Shown: positions 1-9,562 of the stretch, piece by piece
How positions within the stretch are numbered: position 1 is the first letter of the stretch
Layout: each line of letters opens with the position of its first letter
Sequence record: NZ_CP085281.1
Strand: one strand, 5' to 3'
DNA length: 64,000 nucleotides
DNA from: a plasmid
Position numbers and translations under genes: made by a program
The notes under the pieces: model-generated
Databases searched by the model: none
Told to the model about the DNA's origin: nothing
Seen by the model: only the letters and a program-made list of their open reading frames with translations

Positions 1-158
1 CTCCGGGATGTTGAAGGTCATCGGTTGGCTCATGAAGGCCAGTTTATCTGCGCCGACACGCTCCAGAGGTGCTGCGGAGTCCCGGATCTATTCGCCCGCC
101 GGCGGATCCTTCTGCGATCGCACAACGGGGACGTGGCATTTGCCCTGGTGGTGGGCGG

Positions 159-413
159 TCAGGCTCGCACGCCTGAGCCGACCATGGGCCGTCCGAGCAG
201 CGCCAGCAGCGTCCAGCGCGCGTCGACGTCGGTGGGGTCGTCGTGCAGCTCGTCGCAGGCGATTCGGATCCTGCGGGCGATGTCGCGCTCGTCCGCCGGC
301 GGCGTGGAGCGCAGGAGCACGTCGCGGGCGTTGGCTTGAGCCACCGGATCTAGAGGTGCGCAGTAGAGGTCGTCGCAGGCCAGCTGAATGTGCTGGGCGA
401 GTGCATCCGCCAT
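159..413 (-). CDS. small hypothetical protein with duplicated 'IAC(D)ELHDDP' helix motif; paralog of 44064..44297
   Basis: ATG at 413 preceded by AAGGAG; 84 aa; shares IACDELHDDP(T/F)D..AR..LL motif with first gene of conjugation operon. Confidence 0.45.
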   Translation of the reverse strand: MADALAQHIQLACDDLYCAPLDPVAQANARDVLLRSTPPADERDIARRIRIACDELHDDPTDVDARWTLLALLGRPMVGSGVRA

Positions 414-555
414 CCCGGCTCCTTCAAGTCAATAACAAGTCGCATTGTCAGCGCTTATCAACTTCTCTTGTCACTATAGCGACGGCGAACTGGTATTCAA
501 GACCCGTTGTGCACGAATACTCAGCCGAGTTGAACTGACGCGTTAATCTGCCTGC

Positions 556-957
556 GTGGCATTCGACGACCTCAGCGCCGAGGACCTGGCGGCCGCCAGC
601 AGCCGCGTTGCCGAGGACGCCTTGCACTCAGCCAGACTGCTGGCCGCCGAGTACCTCGTTGCGGGCCCCGGATCGAGCGTCGGTGACGCAGCCACTGCCG
701 TGCGCGTCCTTCTCACCCAGGACCCCGGCGACACCCGCTACGAACTCCTTCAGGCGTTCGAGAAGCCCTGGGCGGCGCTGACCATCCGCATCTTGGCACC
801 AGTCGCCGACCCCACCCCGGCTATGCAAGATGCCCGCGATCGAGGTGTCACCGCGGGCAAGATCGCCGAAGCGCTGGGCGTCAGTCAGCAGGCCCTTTAT
901 CAGAATCCGCGGTACGCCGACATCGTGCGCCGGCCGCGAAGAAACTCTGAAACTTAG
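556..957 (+). CDS. hypothetical protein with C-terminal HTH-like segment (start uncertain, GTG)
   Basis: 133-aa ORF; C-terminal 'ITAGKIAEALGVSQQALYQN' resembles a helix-turn-helix. Confidence 0.3.
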   Translation: MAFDDLSAEDLAAASSRVAEDALHSARLLAAEYLVAGPGSSVGDAATAVRVLLTQDPGDTRYELLQAFEKPWAALTIRILAPVADPTPAMQDARDRGVTAGKIAEALGVSQQALYQNPRYADIVRRPRRNSET

Positions 958-1325
958 TTCCCGCGACTGGTTCCGCCCCGGCCGGCAGCTCTACTGCCGT
1001 GCGCCACCCCGCGTCGACGGGTGCATCGTGCGCGGGGACAGTGATGGTGCGCTCGCCGGCGAGGGTGCGGGAGATTCGGGTCGCTTCGGGGACGCGGTGG
1101 TGCGGAACGAGGTCGTGGCGGACGATGATCAGTCCGCGTTCTTCCAGGGAGCTGAAGGTGCGGCCCTGTTGGTTGTATGCGGCGTGTCCGTCGATCGGAA
1201 GAAACGTAGCGCGGCGGACCCCGGGTTTTAACCCTGGGGGTGAGCGCGTCGATGGTGTTCCTGTGGTGACTTGGGTCGGGTCCGGTGCGGCGCGTTGATC
1301 ACATTAGACAGGTGCAGGAAGTCTA

Positions 1326-1736
1326 ATGTTGTCGGTTGTGGGTGTTACGTTGCGGACGAACGCGAACATCGCTTTCCAGTGTGCGTATCACGTGGTGTGG
1401 TGCCCGAAGTACCGGCGCAGTGTGATCGGTGGCCGCATGGAGGCGCGGCTCAAAGAGATCATCGCCGAGGTGATCGCAGAGAAGGGGGCATGGATGATCG
1501 AACTCGAAACCATGCCCGACCATGTGCACCTGCTGGTGGAGGTGGATCCGCAGTACGGGGTGCACAAGCTGGTCAAGGCCATCAAGGGCCGCTCGTCACG
1601 TCTGCTGCGTGAGGAATTTCCGTGGTTGAAGTCGCGATTGCCGTCGCTGTGGACGAACTCGTATTTCGTCGCCACCATCGGGGGAGCCCCGTTGTCGGTG
1701 ATCAAACGGTACGTCGAGACGCAAAAGGACCGTTGA
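1326..1736 (+). CDS. tnpA: IS200/IS605 family transposase TnpA (Y1 HUH transposase)
   Basis: 136 aa; 'YHVVWCPKYRR' and 'HVHLLV' (HuH) motifs and C-terminal tyrosine region typical of IS200 TnpA. Confidence 0.9.
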   Translation: MLSVVGVTLRTNANIAFQCAYHVVWCPKYRRSVIGGRMEARLKEIIAEVIAEKGAWMIELETMPDHVHLLVEVDPQYGVHKLVKAIKGRSSRLLREEFPWLKSRLPSLWTNSYFVATIGGAPLSVIKRYVETQKDR

Positions 1737-1739
1737 TTC

Positions 1740-2993
1740 ATGTTGACGGGCAGGCGGTTTCGGGTCGAGTTCACCGGCGAGCAGGCTCAGTTCGCCGAAC
1801 AGATCGGCGCGGCCTGCCGGGCGGTGTGGAACACCGGCCTGGAGCAGCGCCGGGAGTACCGGCGCCGCGGCGCGTGGATGAACTACGGGCCCCAGGCCAA
1901 AGAACTGGCTGACGCTAAGACCGAGCATCCGTGGCTCAAAGACGTTCCGGGGCACTGCCTGCAGCAGACGTTGATGGATCTGGACAAGGCCTGCCGCGCG
2001 CACGGCACTTGGAAGGTGCATTGGCGCTCAGGCCGACGATGGGCGCCGTCGTTCCGGTTCCCCGAGGGCAACAAGATGGCGGTAGAGAAGCTCAACCGAC
2101 GCCATGGCCGGATCAAGTTGCCCAAGCTCGGCTGGGTGAAGTTCCGCCAGACGCGCAGTCTGGTTGGTGAAACCATCCGGTCGGCCACCTTGACTCGGGA
2201 AGGCGGCCGGCATTGGTTCCTGTCGCTGCTGGTCGACGATGGCGCCGGCAGTCCGGCCGCTCACACGATGCCGGGGACGGCTGTCGGGGTTGATCGTGGT
2301 GTCGCGGTGGCGATCGCGACCAGCGGCGGCGACCTGATCGACCGCGTGTTCCTCAGCGCCGCTGAGCGGCGTCGCGTCGCGACGTTGCAGCGCAAGCTGT
2401 CTCGGTGCGCGAAGGGATCGGCCAACCGCGCCAAGGCGCGGTCCGCGCTGGCACAGGTTCGGGCCCGGGAACGCCGCCGCCGCCAAGAATTTTGCGCCCA
2501 GACCGCTCACCGGCTCGCGGCCGCCCATGCGGTAGTGGTGCTGGAAGATTTGAAGACCCGCAACATGACCCGTACGGCGAAAGGAACCTTGGATCAGCCC
2601 GGCCTCAACGTGAAAGCCAAGTCCGGGCTCAACCGCGCCATCCTGGCCAAAGGATGGCATCAGTTCGCGTTGGCACTGTCCTCAGCGGCCCGGTACACCG
2701 GGACCGCTGTGGTGACGGTGCCGGCGCCGTACACGTCGCAACGCTGCTCGCAGTGTCAGCAGGTGGACCCGAAATCCCGCGAGAGCCAAGCGGTATTCCG
2801 GTGCACCCACTGCTCGCACCACGAGCATGCGGACGTCAACGCCGCCAAGAACATTTTGGCCGCAGGGCTTGCGGTCACCGCCTGCCAAGACCAACCCCGG
2901 CCCACGGGCAAGGAACGGTCGCCGAAGCAGGAACCAGCAGGAAACCGCGAGGAATTACTGCTCCAACACCCTCACCGCACACCCGCGGCGTGA
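1740..2993 (+). CDS. tnpB: IS605 OrfB / TnpB (RuvC-like, Zn-finger; RNA-guided nuclease family)
   Basis: 417 aa; C-terminal 'CSQCQQVD...CTHCSHHEHADVNAAKNI' zinc finger and RuvC-III motif typical of TnpB; immediately downstream of tnpA. Confidence 0.9.
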   Translation: MLTGRRFRVEFTGEQAQFAEQIGAACRAVWNTGLEQRREYRRRGAWMNYGPQAKELADAKTEHPWLKDVPGHCLQQTLMDLDKACRAHGTWKVHWRSGRRWAPSFRFPEGNKMAVEKLNRRHGRIKLPKLGWVKFRQTRSLVGETIRSATLTREGGRHWFLSLLVDDGAGSPAAHTMPGTAVGVDRGVAVAIATSGGDLIDRVFLSAAERRRVATLQRKLSRCAKGSANRAKARSALAQVRARERRRRQEFCAQTAHRLAAAHAVVVLEDLKTRNMTRTAKGTLDQPGLNVKAKSGLNRAILAKGWHQFALALSSAARYTGTAVVTVPAPYTSQRCSQCQQVDPKSRESQAVFRCTHCSHHEHADVNAAKNILAAGLAVTACQDQPRPTGKERSPKQEPAGNREELLLQHPHRTPAA

Positions 2994-3281
2994 CCACGTT
3001 GGAATCCCCCCGGCTTCAGCCGTGGGGAGGAAGTCAAGGCCAGTGCTGGTATCTGCACTGCAGGGGAGGCGGTGGCCGAGTGGATGTTGACGCCGCCGAC
3101 TATGGCGGTGGCGTGGAATGCCATGTACGAGCGGGCATATCCCGCTGCGCTGCAGTCGGTTACGGGTCTGGACGCGTCGACCTTGCTCGACGCGCAGCGG
3201 TGGGTCGGGGCACTTCTGGCGTAGCTGTCGGTGCCTGATCGGGTGTAGCACCGCCGTCCGTCCGGTGCTACACTTAGGTCT

Positions 3282-3545
3282 ATGCCAACGACCCGCCCGC
3301 GCCACTTCGTAACCGAGACAGACGACCTCGCGTCAGCCCTGGACCGGGCAGCCGAACGCTGGCCAGGAGTGAGCCGTCCCCAGCTCTTGGTGCGCCTGGC
3401 CATGGAAGGCGATCGCGCGGCCACCGCGGCGCGGGAGGACTTGCGGGCGCGGCGGCTGAGAGCAATTGAGGAGCTGAGCGGCGCACTGACTGGGATTTAT
3501 GAGCCCGGGTACTTGGAGGATCTGCGGGCGGATTGGCCGGCGTGA
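3282..3545 (+). CDS. vapB: antitoxin of VapBC-type TA pair (VapB-like)
   Basis: 87 aa; stop overlaps the downstream PIN gene start (GTGA at 3542..3545). Confidence 0.6.
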   Translation: MPTTRPRHFVTETDDLASALDRAAERWPGVSRPQLLVRLAMEGDRAATAAREDLRARRLRAIEELSGALTGIYEPGYLEDLRADWPA

Positions 3546-3943
3546 CTGTCGTCGTGGACACCTCGGTGCTGATTGCATTCTTCAACAGCAAGGATGCCCA
3601 TCATCAGTCGGCGAAGGACGTGCTGGCGCAGGTGGCCGATGAGGCTCTGGTGGCAAGTTCAATGACATGGGCCGAGGTGCTGGCCGGACCGGCACGCAGC
3701 GGTGAAGAGTCTGTTCAGACGGCGTTGTCTGCGTTGGCGCAACTCGAGATTTACGAGGAAGCCTTTCCTCGTGACGTGGCCGTGCGGCTGGCTTGGCTTC
3801 GAGCGGAAACGGGTTTGAAGATGCCCGATTGCTGCGTCCTGCTGGCAGCTGAGACCGCGCAGGCGGATTCGGTCGCAACCTTCGACGGTCAGCTCGCATC
3901 AGCGTCCATTCAGCGCGGCCTGACGGCGCGGACCGGCAAGTAA
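3542..3943 (+). CDS. vapC: PIN-domain ribonuclease toxin VapC
   Basis: N-terminal 'VVVDTSVLIAF' with conserved Asp, and the remaining acidic residues of the PIN fold; about 134 aa; GTG start overlapping antitoxin stop. Confidence 0.8.
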   Translation: MTVVVDTSVLIAFFNSKDAHHQSAKDVLAQVADEALVASSMTWAEVLAGPARSGEESVQTALSALAQLEIYEEAFPRDVAVRLAWLRAETGLKMPDCCVLLAAETAQADSVATFDGQLASASIQRGLTARTGK

Positions 3944-4031
3944 TCAGGCAGCGGTCTTGGACCGTGGTCTTCGGTCAGGCCGAAGTACGGACGGAATTGC
4001 GATGTTTCGCAAGGCCTGGTGGTCTGACGCG

Positions 4032-6011
4032 TTAAGCAGCGGCGGCGTGCTTGGGTGCGGAGTCGCTGGCTGCGGCGTGCCGCGGCGAGGTCGCCGAGGC
4101 GTGCTTGGGCGTCTTCGCGGTGGCGGCGGAGGTGCCGTCCGACGGTCCGTTGTTGGGTGACGTCGAGGCGGTCTTACCGGGTGCGCTGCCGCTGGTCTTG
4201 TCGCCGTTGGTGTTCTTGGTGCCGGAGGGGCGTGGTTTCTTCGGCGCGGTGACGTTGTCGGTCTTGTCCGGATTGGAGGCCCCGTTCGCGGCGCCGGCTG
4301 AGGTCGTGGTGTCGTCCTTGTCGGCGGTTGAGGTGGTGGTGCGGTCCTTGGTGCTCGCCGATGCGCCCTTGCTGTCGTCGGCTGCCTCGGTCTTGGCGTC
4401 GGTGGCCGTCGACGCTGCGGTGCTCGCGGTCGCATCGGTGGCAGCTGCTGCTTCGGCGGCGGGGGTGGGGTTCGGGCTCTCCTCGGTCGCCGGGTTCACC
4501 GTGGGCTCGGCTGCCTCGCTGGCGGTGTCCTCCGCCGGGTCGGTTGGCTCGGCGGCGTTGGCGGTCTTCGGTTCTGCCGCTGCTGTTTTCGGGCCGCGTC
4601 CGGTGGTGGTGTTCGCCGCGGTGGTGTCGGTGCTCGGCGTGGTGTCGGCGGTGAGGCTGAGGGTGACCGTTTTGTGGGTGGCCGCCGGGGCGGCGGTCGC
4701 GGTGAGGCTGCCGGTGATGGCCGAGCCGAAGTCCAGGGCCGCGGCGATGGTGCGCAGTCCTGCGGCGGTGGTGGTGGCGGCCGCTTTGACGAGGAGGTTG
4801 ACCGTGGTGGCCATCGCGTGCGGGATGCCTGTGACGAGGGATGGCAGCCCGGCGGCTTGGAGGATTCCGCTGGCGGCGGTGGCCAGGCCGCTGGTGAAGG
4901 CGGTGAAGACGTTGGCGGCGGCGACGGTGATGTCGGCGCCGGCGGTGAAGGGTACCGACGCCAGGGAGCCGACGGTGTGTGCGGCGGTGGTGAGGGTGGA
5001 GGTCCCGGCGCCGACGAGGACGGAGATGGCGTGTGCGTAGGTGGCGGGGCTCAGCGGCGCGGTGCCGATGGTGTTGATGACCTTCTGGATTGCGCCGGGG
5101 TCGGTTCCGTTGCCGATCCAGGTGGCGACCGCGTCTGAGGCGCCGTCGGTGACGCGGTCGAGGATCGTGGTGGCGGCGTTGGTGATCGTGGTGGAGGCTC
5201 CGTTGACGGCTGCGACGGCGGCGGCCACGGGTGCGGAGACGATGCCCTGGACGGCGGTGATGAGGCCGTTGACGAGGTCGATCCCGGTGAGTTTCTTGCT
5301 GGCGTCGAGCAGGCCGTTGAAGGTGTCGAGGGCGTTGGAGACCTGGCGGGTGACGCCGGTGACGACGGTGTTGGTGACGGTCAGGACGTTGGCGCCGAGG
5401 TGGTTGACGGTGCCGATGCCCTGGGTGAGGGCCAGTCCGGCGATGTCGATCGGGGCGTTGATGAGGCCGGTGTAGCTCGGGAGGGCGAGCGGGTTGTTGA
5501 TGACGGTGGCCACGGCGTTCAAGGCGGTGCCGAGGGAGCCGGTGAGTGTGGAGGTCAGCAGGTCGGCGAGCTGTCCGGTGGTCAGGACGATGGAGCCGTT
5601 GACGTCGTCGATGGACTTCGAGAGGTCTGAAAGTCCGTTTCCTGCTGACGCTTTGAGCGTTTTGAGGATGGCGGTGAGGGTCTTGTTGTCGGTGGCGGCG
5701 ATGAGACCGTTCCACAGGCTGTCGTTGAGGGTGACCGCCGAGGTCAGCGCCTGGGTCAGGGTTTGGCCTGGGGCGCCGACCAATCCGGTGACGGTCGTCG
5801 AGGCCGATGCCATCGCCGATTCGAGATTGTCGACGAGCTTGGCGATGTCGGCCGGGTTGATGACGGCGGTCAGCTGCAGTCGGGGGGTGGAGATGTGCGG
5901 GACGGTGAGGTCGCGGGCTGCCATCGGCAGCGGTGTCATGAAGGGGGTGAAGGCGAGGGCGGCGGCGGTGGTCAGCGCCAGGGCGGGGGTGGCGGTACGG
6001 GCGGCGGGCAT
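4032..6011 (-). CDS. secreted Ala/Thr-rich protein with low-complexity C-terminal tail
   Basis: 659 aa; N-terminal signal-peptide-like 'TPALALTTAAALAFTPFMTPLPMAA'; long structured Ala/Thr/Gly region then Thr/Ala/Pro/Lys low-complexity tail; overlapping Arg/His-rich frame judged spurious. Confidence 0.55.
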   Translation of the reverse strand: MPAARTATPALALTTAAALAFTPFMTPLPMAARDLTVPHISTPRLQLTAVINPADIAKLVDNLESAMASASTTVTGLVGAPGQTLTQALTSAVTLNDSLWNGLIAATDNKTLTAILKTLKASAGNGLSDLSKSIDDVNGSIVLTTGQLADLLTSTLTGSLGTALNAVATVINNPLALPSYTGLINAPIDIAGLALTQGIGTVNHLGANVLTVTNTVVTGVTRQVSNALDTFNGLLDASKKLTGIDLVNGLITAVQGIVSAPVAAAVAAVNGASTTITNAATTILDRVTDGASDAVATWIGNGTDPGAIQKVINTIGTAPLSPATYAHAISVLVGAGTSTLTTAAHTVGSLASVPFTAGADITVAAANVFTAFTSGLATAASGILQAAGLPSLVTGIPHAMATTVNLLVKAAATTTAAGLRTIAAALDFGSAITGSLTATAAPAATHKTVTLSLTADTTPSTDTTAANTTTGRGPKTAAAEPKTANAAEPTDPAEDTASEAAEPTVNPATEESPNPTPAAEAAAATDATASTAASTATDAKTEAADDSKGASASTKDRTTTSTADKDDTTTSAGAANGASNPDKTDNVTAPKKPRPSGTKNTNGDKTSGSAPGKTASTSPNNGPSDGTSAATAKTPKHASATSPRHAAASDSAPKHAAAA

Positions 6012-6081
6012 GGAGGCTCCTGCGATCAGGTCGTCCGGCCCTCACGGGCGGGAGTCACAAGCGGTGTTTACCTGTGAGGGG

Positions 6082-6124
6082 AAATTACCAGCTACGGCGA
6101 TGTTTCCGTGAGTGGTAATCCGCT
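6082..6124 (+). promoter_or_regulatory. motif AAATTACCA-N22-GTGGTAATCCGCT (split palindrome TTACCA/TGGTAA)
   Basis: 13-mer GTGGTAATCCGCT and upstream AAATT(T)ACCA recur at 45938..45964; AT-rich 13-mer unlikely by chance in this GC-rich window. Confidence 0.45.
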
Positions 6125-6245
6125 TGTGGTCTGAGGAGCTGGACGTGGGAGATCGGCCGCATGGCCGGGGGCCATGCCGTCGTCGCAGCTCAGGCCCGGT
6201 GTCGTGGGTTGCCGGCGCCGGCCTCGGGTCACGACTCTTCGTGTG

Positions 6246-6275
6246 GGGGACGTGCTATCGGCGCTGGTCGGTGGC
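6246..6275 (+). repeat. 28-bp repeat copy a (GGGGGACGTGCTATCGGCGCTGGTCGGTGG), intergenic
   Basis: member of the 10-copy family, consensus GGGGGACGTGTCATTGCCGCTGGTCACAGG. Confidence 0.6.
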
Positions 6276-6419
6276 GCTACGAGGGATCAGGATCGGTTGA
6301 GCGCCACCAGAGCCACTGATCCTGCGGCTGAGGCTGCTGGGTGACCATCTGCTGCAGCTGGTGTGGCAGCTGGTCGCATAGCTGCTCCGCCGGCTGAGCC
6401 TTCGGCCTGCCTTCGCCGC

Positions 6420-6875
6420 TCACGACGGCCACGGCAGATTCTCGTGCTGGTGCTTCCGCGTGGTCCGGACGGCGCGAAGTTCGCGTCGCTGGTCTTGGGC
6501 GTAGCGGCGGGCCAGCACCAGGTCTTGCCACCAGGGGGTGCGCTCGACGTGGCCGGCCAAGGTGTCGATCTGCAGATCGGTCAGGCCGGCCAGGGCGCCG
6601 GCGGCATCGTGTGCGGCCAGGACGACGATACCGCGCATCAGGGGCACGTTGCTGGGCGTGAAACCTGTTGTGGCGAGGTAGATCTCGGTGGCGTTGCGGT
6701 TGACGCGGCGGTGCGAAGATCGGGTCGACGGCGTGAACCAGAAGTCGATGGTCCCGTCGCTGCTGGTGAGCGTCTCCAGGTCGCATTCGCGGATGAGGTC
6801 GGCGATGTCGTCGACGCAGCGGACACGACGCTTGTACAGCTGGCCGTTGTGGCTGGCGACAAGTACTTGGAACAT
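6420..6875 (-). CDS. hypothetical protein; paralog of 62037..62465
   Basis: ATG at 6875 preceded by GAGGAGG; shares FWF, VNR.AT, VPL(M/L)RG, 'AGLTD.QI..L......P.WW' blocks with 62037..62465. Confidence 0.55.
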   Translation of the reverse strand: MFQVLVASHNGQLYKRRVRCVDDIADLIRECDLETLTSSDGTIDFWFTPSTRSSHRRVNRNATEIYLATTGFTPSNVPLMRGIVVLAAHDAAGALAGLTDLQIDTLAGHVERTPWWQDLVLARRYAQDQRRELRAVRTTRKHQHENLPWPS

Positions 6876-7030
6876 GTGGTCCTCCTCGGCGCGTCGTTGC
6901 TGTGAAAGGTAGCCCGTCGGCGCCCCCACGGCGGCCCGCCGCGTCGGGGGACCTGCCATTTGCCGTGGTCAAGCGGCGTGCCTAGCGGTTCCGATAAGGA
7001 GGCTTATCAGTTCGAGATTGGCGGTAGTGC

Positions 7031-7351
7031 TTGCGAATGAGGTGTGCTGGGACGGTGGATGACGACGTGTTGGAGCGGGTTCGCCAAGCGGTAGCCGGGC
7101 TGGATGGCCGGTGGTTCGCCGACTTCGAGGAGGTCTGCTCCTTGGCGGAGGTTCTCGTCGAGATGGACGTCCTGACCGCGCGGCGCGACGTCGTCGACTT
7201 CTTCCGCCGGCCGTGGCGCTTCACCGCCGAGCACGACGTGTGGGTGCGGTGCGGGCGGCCGGTGGACGTGCGCGGGTCCGCCGGCGCGGCGCTGGAGAAC
7301 TTGGTGGACGCTGCCGGCCGCGGCGATACGCCGCTGACACTGACCCGATAG
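7031..7351 (+). CDS. hypothetical protein
   Basis: 106-aa ORF with acidic helical composition; no recognisable motifs. Confidence 0.3.
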   Translation: MRMRCAGTVDDDVLERVRQAVAGLDGRWFADFEEVCSLAEVLVEMDVLTARRDVVDFFRRPWRFTAEHDVWVRCGRPVDVRGSAGAALENLVDAAGRGDTPLTLTR

Positions 7352-7361
7352 CGCGTGTGAC

Positions 7362-7392
7362 CTCGGGCGATAGCACGTCCCCGACTGGGGGT
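7362..7392 (-). repeat. 28-bp repeat copy b (reads GCGATAGCACGTCCCCGACTGGGGGTC on + strand), intergenic
   Basis: inverted copy; flanking genes on + strand. Confidence 0.55.
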
Positions 7393-8111
7393 CAGCCGCT
7401 GGCTGCTCCTTGAGCGCCGTCTTGCGCGGTGCCCTCCTGGGGCCAGGATCCTGGAGTCGGGTTATCGCCGGGGACATGTCATCGCCGCTGGTCAGCACGC
7501 TGCCGCGCCTGTGGCAGCGGCGGCATCGACGATCTTCGGACCCGGGCGCGAGTCAACGTTCTGCCAGAAACGCTGACGGTCCTCGGGTGCTGAGCCGGCC
7601 GTAGGTCTCCTGAGTGGCCAGCTGCAACGCAGTGTCGCCGCGGCCGCGGTACGCCGGGCTGCGGAGATCGTCGATGCCGCCGGGAGGGTGGTCGCCTCCT
7701 CCATCTGGTTTTTGGTCGTCTACTCAAGAAGTACCTGCGCCGACCGGTGTTTCCGTCAATTCGATGTGGGCGAATTTCACCGGTGGCGAGTCGGCAGGGG
7801 TGTCGTTGCGCGCTGCTAGCGTGGATTTCGACGTCCTCCTCCCCCCGAGGACGTTCCCCGCGCCCCGGTCGCCCTCCCCCCTGGCGGCCGGGGCGCATCA
7901 CGTTTCAGCCCGGTCGGCGAGGCCTTCAGACGGTTCCGCGTGCTTACACTGGGCCCATCGCCACGCACGGCGGCGTGAATCCCGGCATCGACTGCAGCCG
8001 CCCACATCGGCCAGTCACGTCAGACCGGGACAAGACCCACCGGGTTCCGTGTCACTACCCAGCAAAGAGACTTCCGCGCAGATGTGGGGCGACGCGGAGG
8101 ATTTACTTTGG

Positions 8112-8930
8112 ATGGGAGCAATCATCATGTCTCGCAACGAATCGCGCGAACGCGCCGCCCGTGAGTTCCAGGCGGCCAATCCGGGGACGTCCTACACCCG
8201 CGCTCTTCGGCAGGTCAGCCGCGGCGGTCAGCGGCGCCCGCTGTTGGCGGTCCTCGGCACCGGTTCTGACGGTGCCAGCGTGTCGGTGAATCTGGAGTGG
8301 GAGAGCGAGGGCGGGTCCGGGCCCCACTGCTTGATCGCCGGCGCCGAAGTGCCGGCCCTGCTGGCCGTCCTTGCCGCCGGGCTCGCGTCAGGGCAGCGGG
8401 CAGGGGATCTCGAGTTGGTGCTCTGCGCGGGTGAGGCCACGCAGTTGACGGTGGAGCACCGGCGGGTCGGTGCCGACGAGCTGGTCGGGCATGTCGACGA
8501 TGTCTTGAGGTCCCGTCATGAGTTCCTGCGCTCGGTGGAGGCGCGCGATGTTGTGCAGGCCCGTGAGCGCGGGCACCAGGTGCCCACCACAGTGGTGCTC
8601 ATCGAGGACCTGGACGGGCAGTGGGGCGCGTCTGCGGCCGTGGGTCGCTGGCTGCGGATTGGACGATCGTCCGGGGTGAACGTGGTCCTGGGCGCCCCTG
8701 CCGCGTCGCCGTCGATCTGGGCTGACGACATGTCCCCGGCGCACGTGGTCGATCGCTTGGCGCGGGCCGCGTTGGCTGGTGATGCCGCGTTCATGAATGC
8801 GACGACCGCCGCGATTTTCGGCCTCGGAGATGGCCGTGCGACGCTGCGTACGCTCGGGCGATGGAACCCCGTCCGCCGGGTTCGAGAAGCTGACACGCTG
8901 TCCGATTTCACCTTCGCTGCACCTCAGTAG
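8112..8930 (+). CDS. hypothetical protein (start uncertain: ATG 8112 or 8127)
   Basis: long ORF 7614..8930; N-terminal 160 aa is Pro/Arg-rich and implausible; MGAIIMSRNESRER preceded by GGATGGGAG. Confidence 0.4.
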   Translation: MGAIIMSRNESRERAAREFQAANPGTSYTRALRQVSRGGQRRPLLAVLGTGSDGASVSVNLEWESEGGSGPHCLIAGAEVPALLAVLAAGLASGQRAGDLELVLCAGEATQLTVEHRRVGADELVGHVDDVLRSRHEFLRSVEARDVVQARERGHQVPTTVVLIEDLDGQWGASAAVGRWLRIGRSSGVNVVLGAPAASPSIWADDMSPAHVVDRLARAALAGDAAFMNATTAAIFGLGDGRATLRTLGRWNPVRRVREADTLSDFTFAAPQ

Positions 8931-8948
8931 GCTGGCACTGAAACAGCA

Positions 8949-9206
8949 TCAGTAGTGGTAGCGAGCCTTGAGGATCTTCACCTCGTCGTTGTCGGCGCGG
9001 TAGACCAGCCGATGCTCATCGTCTATCCGCCGCGACCAGTAGCCCGACAGGTCACCCTTCAACGGCTCCGGCTTCCCGATGCCATCGAACGGATCCCGCT
9101 GAATCTCGTTGATCAGGCGCACGATTCGGCGTGCCATCTTGCGATCTGCGGCCAGCCAGTACTGGAAATCCTCCCAACCGTCCGGGTCGAAGTGAATGCT
9201 TCTCAC
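8949..9206 (-). CDS. yoeB: YoeB/Txe-family toxin (RelE/ParE superfamily)
   Basis: 85 aa; 'W.DYLYW...[23 protein letters not shown]...Y.Y' matches the YoeB signature; overlaps upstream antitoxin by ATGA. Confidence 0.85.
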   Translation of the reverse strand: MRSIHFDPDGWEDFQYWLAADRKMARRIVRLINEIQRDPFDGIGKPEPLKGDLSGYWSRRIDDEHRLVYRADNDEVKILKARYHY

Positions 9207-9496
9207 TCCTGGCCGCCGGCCAGCTTCCGAATCTCTTCGATCGTCGTGGCATGCACACCGGAGTCTGAACCTCGCGCCCTATCTCGCGCGACAGCATCCA
9301 TCAAGCGGCGTGCGTTCTCGGGGGACCGGAGCAGGTAGACCGTCTCTTGCCAGGAGTCGTAGTCGTCGGCGGACATGAGCACCGCGTCACCAGCCTTGGA
9401 GGTGATGCGGACCGGTTCGTGATCCGTGTTGACCTGCTCCAACAGTGGAAACAGGCGCTGACGTGCTTCACTGGCGCTGATCGACACCTTCCTCAC
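9203..9496 (-). CDS. yefM: YefM/Phd-family antitoxin
   Basis: 97 aa; GTG start at 9496 with GGAG RBS; '[18 protein letters not shown]...[16 protein letters not shown]' Phd/YefM fold signature. Confidence 0.8.
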   Translation of the reverse strand: MRKVSISASEARQRLFPLLEQVNTDHEPVRITSKAGDAVLMSADDYDSWQETVYLLRSPENARRLMDAVARDRARGSDSGVHATTIEEIRKLAGGQE

Positions 9497-9562
9497 CTCA
9501 CTCCGTCTCGTACGGCTTTCCTGTACCAGTACAGTACGGCATTCTGGCCTGAGAGGCTGGCT

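Larger units (their letters stand above)
1295..3075 (+). mobile_element. IS200/IS605-family insertion sequence (tnpA + tnpB); boundaries approximate
   Basis: Y1 HUH transposase plus TnpB gene; perfect subterminal hairpin CATTAGAC-N11-GTCTAATG at 1302..1328 overlapping tnpA start; second GC hairpin CCCCCCGGC..GCCGTGGGGAGG just after tnpB stop (about 3005..3030). Confidence 0.75.

Noticed and set aside
4174-6045. 623-aa Arg/His/Pro-rich ORF overlapping the secreted-protein gene in another frame
   Set aside because: Extreme Arg/His/Pro composition is typical of an off-frame translation of GC-rich coding DNA. The overlapping frame has a signal peptide and sensible composition.
9347-9562. 5' extension of the DNA ligase ORF (423-aa version)
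   Set aside because: It overlaps yefM on the opposite strand. The in-frame ATG at 9563 has an RBS and gives a typical LigC length (about 351 aa).
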